Below are positions 18,501-27,132 of a stretch of DNA of 37,178 nt, piece after piece. How positions within the stretch are numbered: the stretch's first letter is position 1; each line of letters begins with the position of its first letter. Location of the stretch: the IMG/VR virus record IMGVR_UViG_3300035182_000512, positions 1 through 37,178 of that record; one strand, given 5' to 3'. Made by a program: the position numbers and the translations under genes. Below the pieces are notes generated by a model, which saw nothing but the letters and a program-made list of their open reading frames with translations, searched no databases and was not told where the DNA came from. Source of the DNA: a virus. Its lineage: Duplodnaviria; Caudoviricetes.

Positions 18501-19378
18501 CCGTAACCGATGCTGCCGTGGCGATGGACCATTATGCAAGCAACGCTGCCAAGGATGCTCAGTTTTTCGCTGCCGTTGCCGAGAATGAAAACGCGGCATG
18601 GAGAAAAACCTTCGCATCCGTACAGGACTACATAAAACAGATCAAAGACGCCGGGCGGGATACCGCTGGCATTGAAGATGAAGTGAAAGCCATTGGATAC
18701 GGCTGGAGGGGAACCGGGAGGCTTGCCACGGAGGCCATGCAGGAACTTGAGCGTAATCTGCAAGAAACAGCCGAAAGAATCAAGCGCAACGAAGAAGCAA
18801 CCAGGTCATGGGCATCCGCCATGGACGGCCTGCGCGGCGCCGCGGCCAGTCTCAAGGACGAACTGGACCGCGCGCTCGGCAATGACAAGGCCATCGAAGA
18901 TCGGGCCTATGAGGAAAAAAAGAGGCAGTTGGACGATCAATTAAAGGCCGCGCAAGATGCAGCCAGGGTAAAGAATGACGCCAATCTGGCAAATGAAGCC
19001 GAGGCGCAATATCAGCAAGCCATAAACGACCTCAACCAGCTGCACGCCATAAAACTCAAGGAAATAGAGGATTCTGCGAAAGCAAAGTCCATTGCGGATG
19101 AGAAGAACCATCAGGACGAACTGGCTCGCATCGCCAGCGAAAAGGCCGCGCGCGACCAGACCGCCGATTTATTGCAGCGTGTCAGTTCCCCTGGCTACCA
19201 AAATACCAGCAGCGCAATCGCGCAAGACGTGGCCGGCTCTGGCTGGACATCTCCGATAGCGTCGAGCGGGACGGTCAACAATACGCTGAATATATCCACC
19301 AACGGAACACTATCCGAAGAGACCATCAGGCGCGAGATTGCGCCGGTTCTGACCAAAATGATGAACGGATCACGATAA
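15557..19378 (+). CDS. Tail tape measure protein
   Basis: 1273 aa, Ala-rich and helical, with internal degenerate repeats; follows the G/GT pair. Confidence 0.92.
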   Translation: MNDLELNIKLKLAAEQLVSDLTRVTTQFEQSMVGMKDAAESAGGTGESFSKIGTSASEATSGVAGLSVSLGQLGAALSGIAASVGVVALLKSLVESGINYNATLETSKMGITSLIAAQSDLTDSQGKLLTGTEALDAAQALAEGQMQKLKIAGLQTSATFQQLAEAYQVAVGAGLGAGLNLDQIRTLTVQITQAAGALGVPMYQINQEVQSILAGTIDFNSRVAKSLGISNEMMVTWKAQGVLADELNKRLATFSEMGARIADTWVAAKSNMVEVRDTLMGIATEGMFDNLKKSINDAIGQLIDVSKGTIRSDLNALVSNMSTAFSAIGKEIGSWITGFVDGLKDASAWLEKNQGYVNETAESFKLLWDQVKGLVGELLGAAGAVGSVDAQTGTLAKTMQVVAVFVGYVRDGVDALKISFSLFASSTAGLIESLVRGMAVLTFGKARDELLSVADSLHAAAQVNFDNATESIDNFASKGAEAGAELAKLNAEVEKAGKSDGFKAMQDDISAFNEKLASGQYTQQQLLDLAGQLQVKFNAMGRDGAASMAEVELAVKSLDTGVTAVQKSSMAMDAALKDLKVDTGHLSGGVSTFAIESVNEFAKVASAAGATGSTISAAFNNALGQTKFKEDVDALVADLNKANAAGKLTSQEFALAMAGAMAKIQEFSGDVGTEFSKAYSDAAISLHNIENDAKATAGQVQTAFNKLIDEAKTKQEAEALKAEFDLLKNSGKLSAAEIKDEYTRLQDKLRETAGQIDGSLGDAFKRMGAKSAEAMNAAFAQMVDDFNRIKASGIASAEGIDAAYQKIKSSLASSIQAMTTASREALQAAKDHTTAIQAGVDAIKAEASAISASANAQKADAEYAKASDEAMKSGSASARAKADALGVAAQAAHAAADAAQADATASRAAAEAAKAEEAAKIALAAAAANPTEATKQAAAAAQDYANQTARGAEEARQAAAQAQAVAAGMASAASEASAMASSVTDAAVAMDHYASNAAKDAQFFAAVAENENAAWRKTFASVQDYIKQIKDAGRDTAGIEDEVKAIGYGWRGTGRLATEAMQELERNLQETAERIKRNEEATRSWASAMDGLRGAAASLKDELDRALGNDKAIEDRAYEEKKRQLDDQLKAAQDAARVKNDANLANEAEAQYQQAINDLNQLHAIKLKEIEDSAKAKSIADEKNHQDELARIASEKAARDQTADLLQRVSSPGYQNTSSAIAQDVAGSGWTSPIASSGTVNNTLNISTNGTLSEETIRREIAPVLTKMMNGSR

Positions 19379-22300
19379 ATGACCTCTACCCAACGCTTTC
19401 TCGCAAACGACCGCAATGTCCTGCTCAACGCCACGCTCGCCGCCACCAATGTAGCTACCATCACCGATGCCGTGCTGGAACGCCCGAGGGTGCGCAGCGG
19501 CTCTGCTCGCGTGTCCCTGTCCGGGGCTTATACCGGGTTCGAGGAGTCGGATTACGAAATCGAAATCATAGATACTGCCGTCACCACGCCACTTATCAGC
19601 CAGCCGGTTTTCTCAGGCGCTGGGACGGGCGCGATATCCGGTATCGCCTACACCGGAACCGCGCAGGCTTTTACCGTAAAACTCGCCGATCTCGGACAGG
19701 TATTAACGGCTGCCGGAACCGACATCGAGGGCGCATCGCTCGTGGCCAGGGAATCCGGCGCTGCCGGTAACCTGATCCACCTATCTGTAGACCAGTCCGG
19801 ACTGGTATTCGCCAATACCGATTACAGCCTGATCGCGGACATCAAGCAGGGAACGGATGGTATCGAAGGCCCGCAATATGATTGGGACACCAAGGTCATG
19901 GGCGCTGATGGGCAGATACCGGCGGATGCGAACCGCCTGGTGCTGGGAGACGACACCAGCACGGTTTACCGCCAGTACAAGAAGTACCAGGACGGCAAGT
20001 GGCTGTATCACTTCGAACCACAACTCAAAAACGATTTCCCCGCCGGCTCGCGCGTCCGGTTCGTGACTGGCAGCAGAACGGTGACGATTTCAAACGGCAT
20101 GGCCACCGAGACTTATACCGGCATTGTCACCCTCTACGATCTGCTCTCCGCGATCCAGACCACTTCCGCACTTATCAAGGTGGGCGGCATCGTTGCCAAC
20201 GATCGCTCTCCAGGCGGCATGGAAGCCAGGGACCTGACTACCCGCACCGATGCGCATTGCCTGCCGTCCAGCGGCAAAGGCAGCGCCTCGGCGGTCGGTT
20301 TTATAAACTGCGCCGCGCAGCCCACCGCTTATACCGAGCTGGTGGAGGCGAAATGTTGGGCCGTGTCTAGCAAGGATAACCCGGATGCCGGGGTAGGGCG
20401 CGAGTTGTGGCAGGTTAAGGGATCAGTCTCCGGCATCGTGGCCACCGCGCTTAAAACCGGAACGCCGCTCAACACCGACCGCTTCTCGCTCACCATTCCT
20501 ACCAAGCTACCTGACGGATTCGGCGTGCAGCGCGGGCGATTCTCGCAGACCGATATATCCTACCAATCAAGAGACAAGACAAAGGACGAAATCGAGCCGC
20601 CCATCTGTATCAAGCAGAGCCTGGCGCTGGGGCCAGAAGCCGTTGACCAAACCCTGACGTTGACCTATAAGGCTCGCCCCGTCGATGGCGGATGCAGCTG
20701 CGAAGATATGTCTGTTCCTGATTTGAGCGGTAAAAAATGCCTCACTGGGAAATTTGATTTAACCACAAATGGAGAATCTACTATGACGCCTGCTCAACTG
20801 TCCCGGTTATCGCGCTTAGGGGCGTGGTATCGGGATGTGGTGGCGAGCAACACCACTATCAATTCCGATGGTGAATTGCGTAGCGCCAAATTTGATATTG
20901 AACTGTTTACCAAGGCGCGGGATGCCTTCGAGACTTGCCTAACGGATATTTACGGAAACCAGGGAACGCTACATTTTAGCGCATGGACTCCGAATACTGC
21001 CGTGGTGCAGTACGACATGATCGAGATTAATGGCAAAGTGCTGATGGCAAAAAATGATGGCACAACCGGCGCAACCATGCCGGTATGGCACTATTCATCG
21101 ATCGGAGACACCACCAGTGATAACAACGTCACCTGGGAATTCATCACACCGATTGCCGAATTTCTTTGGGATAGCGCGCTGGCCAATCTTAAGATCGATG
21201 CTCAGGTGTTGGCGGCACTATCGACAGATACATTGGAGCCAGGTACTGAAATCGGAAATAGCTCAACTGTAGCAGCCGGAGACATCGTGCGGATACCTGG
21301 CAGTGCAATGAGATATAAAATGTTGGAAGGCGGCACGTTTGATGGGTTAGGCGGTATTACTACTAATGCTATGACTGGACGTTCTGGAGAGGTTGTTGGC
21401 CTATTTGGTTACAATGGAGTAACCAAGTTGCTAGCCGTTGCGTTAGACAGTCCGGAATCTATTTCATCCATTGATGATATCGATGCTCCAAACTATACAT
21501 CTGGCGGCATAACCGGAGCCATAGACGATTTTGTGAACCGTTACCAATCCAGCATGGACGCCGTTCGCGCGGCTGCGGGCATAACAAAAAAAGCTGACGC
21601 CAGCAACGTCTCCGGGGACGGATGCTGGCGTGACATCGGAGACGCCTACTGGTGGGAGATCACCGGATCGGTAGGCGGCGAATATGCCCCGGCCTTCAAC
21701 AACACACCCTACTTTTCGAGCCGCAGCACATGCGCTAAAAAGTATTTCTCTACGCATGAGTTTGCTTTTGAGATCAATGTGAAATGCCCCGAAAAACTCA
21801 AGGATGGCGACAAGATAACTCTTTCCATCGGGGACGCGGGTTGGCCGTCAACCTATCAGGTGGGCGACACGCTATACCTGCCTGTCATCGCCGCGCAAGA
21901 CCTTTATCTGGCGGGAGGAAAAGATGGCGACAACATCCAGACCTGGCACGTGGACGGCAGCGTGACCGGTGCTTTACCGCCCTACCTGCTCGATCTCGAT
22001 TCCCCTCTACCCTACAACCATTCTGGCCTGCAACTCCAGATTAACCCCGGCGGGATTCCATTCGAGGCCGGGGACACGTTCAGATTCACGGTAGAGGGCG
22101 GTCACTACCGCTGGCGCAAGGATTCCGGGGCCTGGAGCGCTTCCGCTGCGATCCCCGACTCCGCCGTGGCGCTTTCCGATGGCCTGTCGGCCACCTTCGC
22201 CACTGGCGCATCTCCCAGCTTCTCCGCTGGCGACATTTACAGTTTCAGGGCGTTGCAACCTTTTGCGCTGTCCAACGCCGTAAACCCTGACGTGGAAAGC

Positions 22301-22936
22301 TGGAAATGGAGCGGCGCAACCGCGACCATGACTGCCAACCTGGGCGGCGTCAAAACCATAGACTGCGCCGCGCTTTCCTTTCACACCCTGCCGCCTGGCG
22401 CTACCGTCACATTGTACGGCGGCGCGGATGGTGTTACATGGGACTGGTCCGAACCCATCACCTGGCGCGTCGGCGTCATGGCAAAGCTGTTCACGGCGCA
22501 TGACGCCACGTTCATCAAATTCGAGATCGCCGACGCCACCGGCGGCGCCATCGGATGGGCCTGGGCCGGGCAGGCACTCTCCACCGCGTACAGCGCGGAA
22601 TGCCTGCTGCGCCGCGATTACTCGGTCGAGCGCGGGTCTGGTCTCAATCCGTCGGCGGCATTCCTGGGTGCCACCCGATCGGGCGAAATCGAATGGCAGC
22701 AAGGTATCCTCACCGATACCGACCTGCCCGGACTCATGTCCATGCTCGATCACCTGAAAACCAACGACGACGAACCCATGATCCTGATCCCGCAATCCAC
22801 CCGGCCCGAAGAGGCTTACCCGGTGCGCGTGCTGATAGACTCGGTGGATATGCCGGAGGACGGCGGCTATCAGCCCAACAGCGGTAATGATCGGCGTTAT
22901 GGCCTCAAGCTGTCACTGAAAGGCGTGGTGGCGTAA
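19379..22936 (+). CDS. Large multi-domain tail/baseplate protein
   Basis: 1185 aa directly after the tape measure gene. Repeated beta-domain motif (F.xGD.F.F), Cys clusters and a more AT-rich central insert. Confidence 0.8.
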   Translation: MTSTQRFLANDRNVLLNATLAATNVATITDAVLERPRVRSGSARVSLSGAYTGFEESDYEIEIIDTAVTTPLISQPVFSGAGTGAISGIAYTGTAQAFTVKLADLGQVLTAAGTDIEGASLVARESGAAGNLIHLSVDQSGLVFANTDYSLIADIKQGTDGIEGPQYDWDTKVMGADGQIPADANRLVLGDDTSTVYRQYKKYQDGKWLYHFEPQLKNDFPAGSRVRFVTGSRTVTISNGMATETYTGIVTLYDLLSAIQTTSALIKVGGIVANDRSPGGMEARDLTTRTDAHCLPSSGKGSASAVGFINCAAQPTAYTELVEAKCWAVSSKDNPDAGVGRELWQVKGSVSGIVATALKTGTPLNTDRFSLTIPTKLPDGFGVQRGRFSQTDISYQSRDKTKDEIEPPICIKQSLALGPEAVDQTLTLTYKARPVDGGCSCEDMSVPDLSGKKCLTGKFDLTTNGESTMTPAQLSRLSRLGAWYRDVVASNTTINSDGELRSAKFDIELFTKARDAFETCLTDIYGNQGTLHFSAWTPNTAVVQYDMIEINGKVLMAKNDGTTGATMPVWHYSSIGDTTSDNNVTWEFITPIAEFLWDSALANLKIDAQVLAALSTDTLEPGTEIGNSSTVAAGDIVRIPGSAMRYKMLEGGTFDGLGGITTNAMTGRSGEVVGLFGYNGVTKLLAVALDSPESISSIDDIDAPNYTSGGITGAIDDFVNRYQSSMDAVRAAAGITKKADASNVSGDGCWRDIGDAYWWEITGSVGGEYAPAFNNTPYFSSRSTCAKKYFSTHEFAFEINVKCPEKLKDGDKITLSIGDAGWPSTYQVGDTLYLPVIAAQDLYLAGGKDGDNIQTWHVDGSVTGALPPYLLDLDSPLPYNHSGLQLQINPGGIPFEAGDTFRFTVEGGHYRWRKDSGAWSASAAIPDSAVALSDGLSATFATGASPSFSAGDIYSFRALQPFALSNAVNPDVESWKWSGATATMTANLGGVKTIDCAALSFHTLPPGATVTLYGGADGVTWDWSEPITWRVGVMAKLFTAHDATFIKFEIADATGGAIGWAWAGQALSTAYSAECLLRRDYSVERGSGLNPSAAFLGATRSGEIEWQQGILTDTDLPGLMSMLDHLKTNDDEPMILIPQSTRPEEAYPVRVLIDSVDMPEDGGYQPNSGNDRRYGLKLSLKGVVA

Positions 22937-23269
22937 ATGGACTACCCGGTTCTCGCCATCGAACTGGACGGCTGCTGGCTGCGATTTCACCGCCAGGGCA
23001 CGGCGGTAAGTGGCGCATCCTACCCGCTGCTGGCCGAAATCGGCACCCTGCGCAGTAACGCCCGCGCTGCGCACCTGGAAGGCATCGGCGCGGGCGAAGC
23101 GCCCAACATCAGCGTCTCTCTGAATAATCCCAAACGCCGCGCCTCCGACCTGATCGGTATGCCGCTGCGCCGCCGCGCCCGCGTGGAGCAAGGCACGGAA
23201 ATATTGTTCGACGGCATTGTGTCTGCCATCTCATACGGCAACACCATGACGCTGGAGGTGTCGGCGTGA
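22937..23269 (+). CDS. Minor tail protein
   Basis: NISVSLNN...ILFDGIVS.I; position in the tail-tip cluster. Confidence 0.7.
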   Translation: MDYPVLAIELDGCWLRFHRQGTAVSGASYPLLAEIGTLRSNARAAHLEGIGAGEAPNISVSLNNPKRRASDLIGMPLRRRARVEQGTEILFDGIVSAISYGNTMTLEVSA

Positions 23270-24525
23270 ACCTCCTGCTATACGAAGACCTGCCGCTGCG
23301 CACCAGCGCCGCCCTAGGCGACTATACCGAGGACGCCATTCTCCCGGTGGTATATGGCGACCTGTCCCAATCCGCCGTACCGCTTGTCAAACTCTCCGAA
23401 ACCGAATACCTCGCCGCCGATCACCCGGCCACCGTCACGGCGGTCTACGTCAATGAACAGGAGACAAAAGGCTGGGATTTCTGCACGCAAACCGACATCA
23501 CGGGGCAATCCTACTGCAAGGTGACGCTGGCCGCGCCGCCAGAAAAAGGGGCAACAATCACTGCGTCGATGCGCGGCAAGCGCAACGCCATTACTGGCGC
23601 GTTGATCGAGCACCCGGCAGACATCCTGCAAGACCTGCTGGCATTGGCCGGAAAGACATGGGACTTATCGCGTCTCAAAATGGAGCTTCCGGGGGTCAGG
23701 ATCGCCGGGCGTCTCGACAAGGCGCAATCGGTTCGCTCCTGGATGGACGAAATCGCGAAATCATGCGGAGTAGTATGGGCCGAGAGATTTGCCGCCGCTT
23801 ACCCGTACAGCACAGGCGTGCACGTGACCGAGCTGAATGTGAAAAACTGCCAGATCAGCAGCATCAGTGCCAGCATCCAGGATGCAGCAGACCGTCTCCA
23901 GATCGCCTTCGACTACCATGCGGCCAAGGGCGCATTCGCGCAATATATGGAGTTATCCGCCAAATCCAGCCCCTTCGGCATGTCCGGTGCGCCAATGGCT
24001 AAACTCGAAGCCCCCTGGTTGCGCCAACCAGCAGACGCGCTCGCGCTCGGTAAACGCCTGCTCACCCGCCTCGCCGGGCAGCGCGCGGCCATCACGCTCG
24101 ATACCGGGACGGTGCTTAACGTCGGCGATTGGTTCGGTATCAGCCACCCGTCTCTGCCAGTGTCCGGTACGCTCTCCATGATGGCACTATCGCTCGAAAC
24201 GTCCCCCGGGAAGCCAGACCGCAGGATCGGGGGAGAAATCTACTGGGGAGAAGCGCCCACCATCACCCTGGATCACCATGCACGCGCTATCCGGCCCAAG
24301 GCGGAGGGAGGTGTTGACGTGGCATTCAAGAACGGTATTGCCACATTCACCATCCTTGGCCCGGACGGCAAGCCGCTGCCCAATGCGTTGGTGGCCATGG
24401 ATAACGGCGCGCCGAAAAAGACCAATGCTCAAGGTAAAGTCAGCTTCGAAGCAAATTCCGGCGCACATACCATCGCGGTGGAAGCCGATGGATATGTTCC
24501 GTTCACATTTGAGGTGACACTATGA
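23266..24525 (+). CDS. Tail hub-like protein with a C-terminal Ig/carboxypeptidase-regulatory-like domain
   Basis: LPVVYGD and IEHPADILQDLL; C-terminal GKPLPNALV...KTNAQGKVSF...HTIAVEADGY. Confidence 0.78.
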   Translation: MNLLLYEDLPLRTSAALGDYTEDAILPVVYGDLSQSAVPLVKLSETEYLAADHPATVTAVYVNEQETKGWDFCTQTDITGQSYCKVTLAAPPEKGATITASMRGKRNAITGALIEHPADILQDLLALAGKTWDLSRLKMELPGVRIAGRLDKAQSVRSWMDEIAKSCGVVWAERFAAAYPYSTGVHVTELNVKNCQISSISASIQDAADRLQIAFDYHAAKGAFAQYMELSAKSSPFGMSGAPMAKLEAPWLRQPADALALGKRLLTRLAGQRAAITLDTGTVLNVGDWFGISHPSLPVSGTLSMMALSLETSPGKPDRRIGGEIYWGEAPTITLDHHARAIRPKAEGGVDVAFKNGIATFTILGPDGKPLPNALVAMDNGAPKKTNAQGKVSFEANSGAHTIAVEADGYVPFTFEVTL

Positions 24526-25001
24526 GCCGTTACGGCGTAACGTACAAGCCCGGCGGTGCCATTACCAAACCGCTGGACTTGACGTTGAAAATGCAGCGCG
24601 AAATCCAGCCCATTGCTTGCAAGACCTGTACGCCAAAGCCGACAGGTCTGTTTTGGCAAAATCCGGCAAATGGATTATTTGAGTATACCGTGTCCCTGGC
24701 CGCAACCGATGTCAATGGATATAACCCGTTACTTCCATTATTCCTAGCGGCTCGTCTTGAGGGAGAGTTGTGCAATCGACAAAACGATGTGGTCTTAAAA
24801 TCGACTTGGGTATGTAGTATTTCAGAGGATCCGATCAATGGCCCGAGTGTCTGGACAGCAGGAAATTTGATTATTGTCTATTTTACTCAACCCAACTTGC
24901 TTTACCCCGGCGTGCTGACCGTTACCTCCTCACTTGATGGGGTGATAACTGACGCATACCCAATCAAGCTGGTAGTAACGGCTAGCGGAGGATACTACTG
25001 A
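24522..25001 (+). CDS. Hypothetical (probable tail-associated) protein
   Basis: Translationally coupled on both sides; more AT-rich 3' part. Confidence 0.7.
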   Translation: MSRYGVTYKPGGAITKPLDLTLKMQREIQPIACKTCTPKPTGLFWQNPANGLFEYTVSLAATDVNGYNPLLPLFLAARLEGELCNRQNDVVLKSTWVCSISEDPINGPSVWTAGNLIIVYFTQPNLLYPGVLTVTSSLDGVITDAYPIKLVVTASGGYY

Positions 25002-25615
25002 TGCATCCCATCGACTGCCATATCCTACTGGACCCGCATCGCGAGAGATTTCATGCCGGGTGTCTGGATTCCCTGAAAAACGAACCGGTCAATGTTTACA
25101 CGTTACCGTCGACTGCCGGAGACATAGCGCAAGGTCGCATCGCCGGTTTCAGCTTGGGCAGTTCGCCCTATTTGACATTTGTAGATGACGACGACGAGCT
25201 GCATCCAGGCGCTTACCAGGCATGCCTCGATGCGCTGGAAGCAGCGCCGAATACGATAGGTGCTTTTTCCGACGAGGTGCTTATCGATGTAGACGGAAAT
25301 ATCACCGGTCCTGGTCGTTCAACCGGTCTGGACTGGACATTCGCACGCCAGCTAACGCTTATGCCATTCATCCATCATGGTGTCGTTATGCGCAGAGCAG
25401 CAGTAATGCAGCTACTCCCTGAGTTGGAGCGCTGGCATAAATATCCTGAACAGGTGTTGTTCGGACTGCTTGCCCAGATCGGTAACTGGGTTCATGTCCC
25501 GATTCCAGGGTATAGGTGGCGGCGTCATGATAATCAGGTCACTCACACGAGCAACCAAGAGGCGGGTGAGGTTATCAAATTTCTGGCGGGATTTATTCCG
25601 GGCAGAGAAATTTAG
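25001..25615 (+). CDS. Glycosyltransferase family 2 (GT-A fold)
   Basis: CLDSL, GRIAGFSLGSSPYLTFVDDDD (DxD motif), HHGVVMRR and YRWRRH. Confidence 0.85.
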   Translation: MHPIDCHILLDPHRERFHAGCLDSLKNEPVNVYTLPSTAGDIAQGRIAGFSLGSSPYLTFVDDDDELHPGAYQACLDALEAAPNTIGAFSDEVLIDVDGNITGPGRSTGLDWTFARQLTLMPFIHHGVVMRRAAVMQLLPELERWHKYPEQVLFGLLAQIGNWVHVPIPGYRWRRHDNQVTHTSNQEAGEVIKFLAGFIPGREI

Positions 25616-25660
25616 AGGCGCTGCGTTCCACAAAATATATCAGTCCCATTTATCGCGCAA

Positions 25661-25846
25661 ATGGAATGCCAATTATCACGCGCCGCTACAGTAGGCATCG
25701 GCTCCGGCGTCGTTACCGTCCAACTGCACGGCGGCGGCCTGATCCAGGCACGCTGCAACGCATCCATCAACCAAATGGTGTTCGTGCGCGACGACGTCAT
25801 CGAAGGCATCGCGCCCAGCCTGACGCTGGAGATCATAGAAATCTAG
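25661..25846 (+). CDS. Small tail-module protein, possibly N-terminally truncated
   Basis: VTVQLHGGG.I.AR...VFVRDDVIEG.APSL..EIIEI resembles the small OB-like gene that ends many siphophage tail modules. The start and RBS are weak. Confidence 0.6.
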   Translation: MECQLSRAATVGIGSGVVTVQLHGGGLIQARCNASINQMVFVRDDVIEGIAPSLTLEIIEI

Positions 25847-26040
25847 GGTTGTTTTATTTTTATCCTGAATAACTCCCAGAATGCCGGATGCATCTTTCGA
25901 TCACCGGCTTCCCACTGCTGCCAACATCGGCATGTGGTAAAAACCAGCCCTGCCGCAGCAGTTTGAGAAATCCGCGCAGCTTCGCGCGCGGAACGAATCT
26001 CCGTCGGGTCCGGGTTCAGTGTCTTTTTTTCATCTGCCAT
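25843..26040 (-). CDS. Small XRE-type HTH regulator, Aca-like
   Basis: NPDPTEIRSAREAARISQTAAAGLV...WQQWEAGDRKMHPAFWELF; last gene of a three-gene operon. Start is 26040 or 26109. Confidence 0.85.
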   Translation of the reverse strand: MADEKKTLNPDPTEIRSAREAARISQTAAAGLVFTTCRCWQQWEAGDRKMHPAFWELFRIKIKQP

Positions 26041-26111
26041 ATGTAGGCATCCCAGGCTTCTCTGGCGAGGCGTTGTGCATGCCTGACCATGTTCATAAAC
26101 GGCATACATTA

Positions 26112-26411
26112 CTACTTTGCCACCTTAACCGATTCCTCGGTACCCGTTGCAGCAGTGACTAGAGCGTTATGCACTCGCCGGCTGGTATCTTCACTGTCTG
26201 TCTCAATCCATGCGCCAAAGGCATGTACCATTGCAGCAAAAGACTTGCCATCAAGGATTTCGCCAGACTTACCCCTGAGCAAAACGCCCATGCCATAGCT
26301 GCTTGACGGATGATCGGCAGTCCACCTGAGAGTCTCGGGAGACATTTGGCGAAGCCCCATGCGCTTAATCGCGGCGATGGACTCGCCCGGAAAATAGAGT
26401 TTGATTTTCAT
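26112..26411 (-). CDS. Hypothetical protein, candidate anti-defence (Acr-like)
   Basis: 99 aa with RBS GAGG, immediately upstream of the HTH gene. Function is inferred from context only. Confidence 0.7.
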   Translation of the reverse strand: MKIKLYFPGESIAAIKRMGLRQMSPETLRWTADHPSSSYGMGVLLRGKSGEILDGKSFAAMVHAFGAWIETDSEDTSRRVHNALVTAATGTEESVKVAK

Positions 26412-26427
26412 GCGGACCTCACAAAAT

Positions 26428-26445
26428 GCCGCCCCGTAGGGCGGC
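26428..26445 (-). terminator. GC hairpin between the two small genes (weak terminator or RNA regulatory stem)
   Basis: GCCGCCC-TACG-GGGCGGC on the minus strand, followed by ATTTT. Confidence 0.5.
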
Positions 26446-26453
26446 TAAGAGAT

Positions 26454-26807
26454 TTACTCGGCAGACCCGAAAGCTTCGTCAAGAGCCTGATTCACGTTCG
26501 CGGCGTGGTCTTCCAGGTCAACACTTCCTGCTGCGTGGATAACCGCGTAAACCGTTTCAAAGCCGCGCTCATGAACCAGCTCATGGATACGGTCCTCCAA
26601 TGACTGATTAGCAGTAACAATGGTATCCCACCAGTGAAATGTCTCTTGGTCGCAAACATAAGCATCACGATCTTCGTCCCACTCGAACCGGCCGTCGATC
26701 AATGCTCCTGCGTTGCCGATGAAGTCATAGATATAGTCAACCCCAGATTTAGGGTCAATGATTGAAAGGGTTTCAACTGCGGAAGTTTCTTTGATGATGA
26801 TTTTCAT
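26454..26807 (-). CDS. Acidic hypothetical protein, candidate anti-defence (Acr-like)
   Basis: 117 aa, strongly D/E-rich, RBS AGGAGA; first gene after a consensus promoter. Confidence 0.75.
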   Translation of the reverse strand: MKIIIKETSAVETLSIIDPKSGVDYIYDFIGNAGALIDGRFEWDEDRDAYVCDQETFHWWDTIVTANQSLEDRIHELVHERGFETVYAVIHAAGSVDLEDHAANVNQALDEAFGSAE

Positions 26808-26881
26808 GGCTTCTCTCCTGCACCAAGTTCGGCGGTGCGCCCGTTGGGCTTTGTGCCCGATCCGATTTCCTCAATGGTTTT

Positions 26882-26910
26882 ATAATACGCGCGTTGTTCG
26901 TATATGTCAA
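26882..26910 (-). promoter_or_regulatory. Strong sigma70 promoter with an overlapping inverted-repeat operator
   Basis: TTGACA (26910-26905), 17-bp spacer, TATTAT (26887-26882). ATACG-N9-CGTAT inverted repeat at 26885-26903. Confidence 0.85.
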
Positions 26911-26962
26911 CAACTATTTCAACAACCTCCTCACACGACAAACCAGCGTGGTGCCGAATCAA

Positions 26963-27132
26963 TTCGGCAGCTTTTCGGCAGCCATGCTTGCAGATCGTTG
27001 TTTCATGCGGTATAAAGCGGGTTCGAATCCCGCCCTCTCCGCCACTAACTAATTGATTTGTATGGTTATATAAATCAAACAATGCCGAATTATTGGCGCT
27101 AATTAGCCTACGTTCGGCAGCTTTTCGGCAGC
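26963..27132. repeat. Integrase arm-type repeats and IHF-like site flanking the att core
   Basis: TTCGGCAGCTTTTCGGCAGC occurs exactly at 26963-26982 and 27113-27132, with inverted TGCCGAA copies nearby. AATCAATTAGTTA (minus strand, 27046-27058) fits the IHF consensus WATCAANNNNTTR. Confidence 0.8.
27017..27044 (+). mobile_element. attP core: 3' end of a tRNA-Ser gene
   Basis: GCGGGTTCGAATCCCGCCCTCTCCGCCA is a T-arm plus acceptor 3' strand with a G discriminator and CCA. There is no 5' half. It lies next to the integrase 3' end. Confidence 0.88.

Noticed and set aside
17990-18545. Very Ala-rich, GC-rich stretch in the tape measure gene as a possible insertion element
   Set aside because: It is in frame with no terminal repeats, consistent with low-complexity helical tape measure sequence.
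27017-27044. Possible tRNA gene
   Set aside because: Only the T-arm and acceptor 3' strand are present, with no D-arm or anticodon arm upstream. It is an att core, not a tRNA gene.
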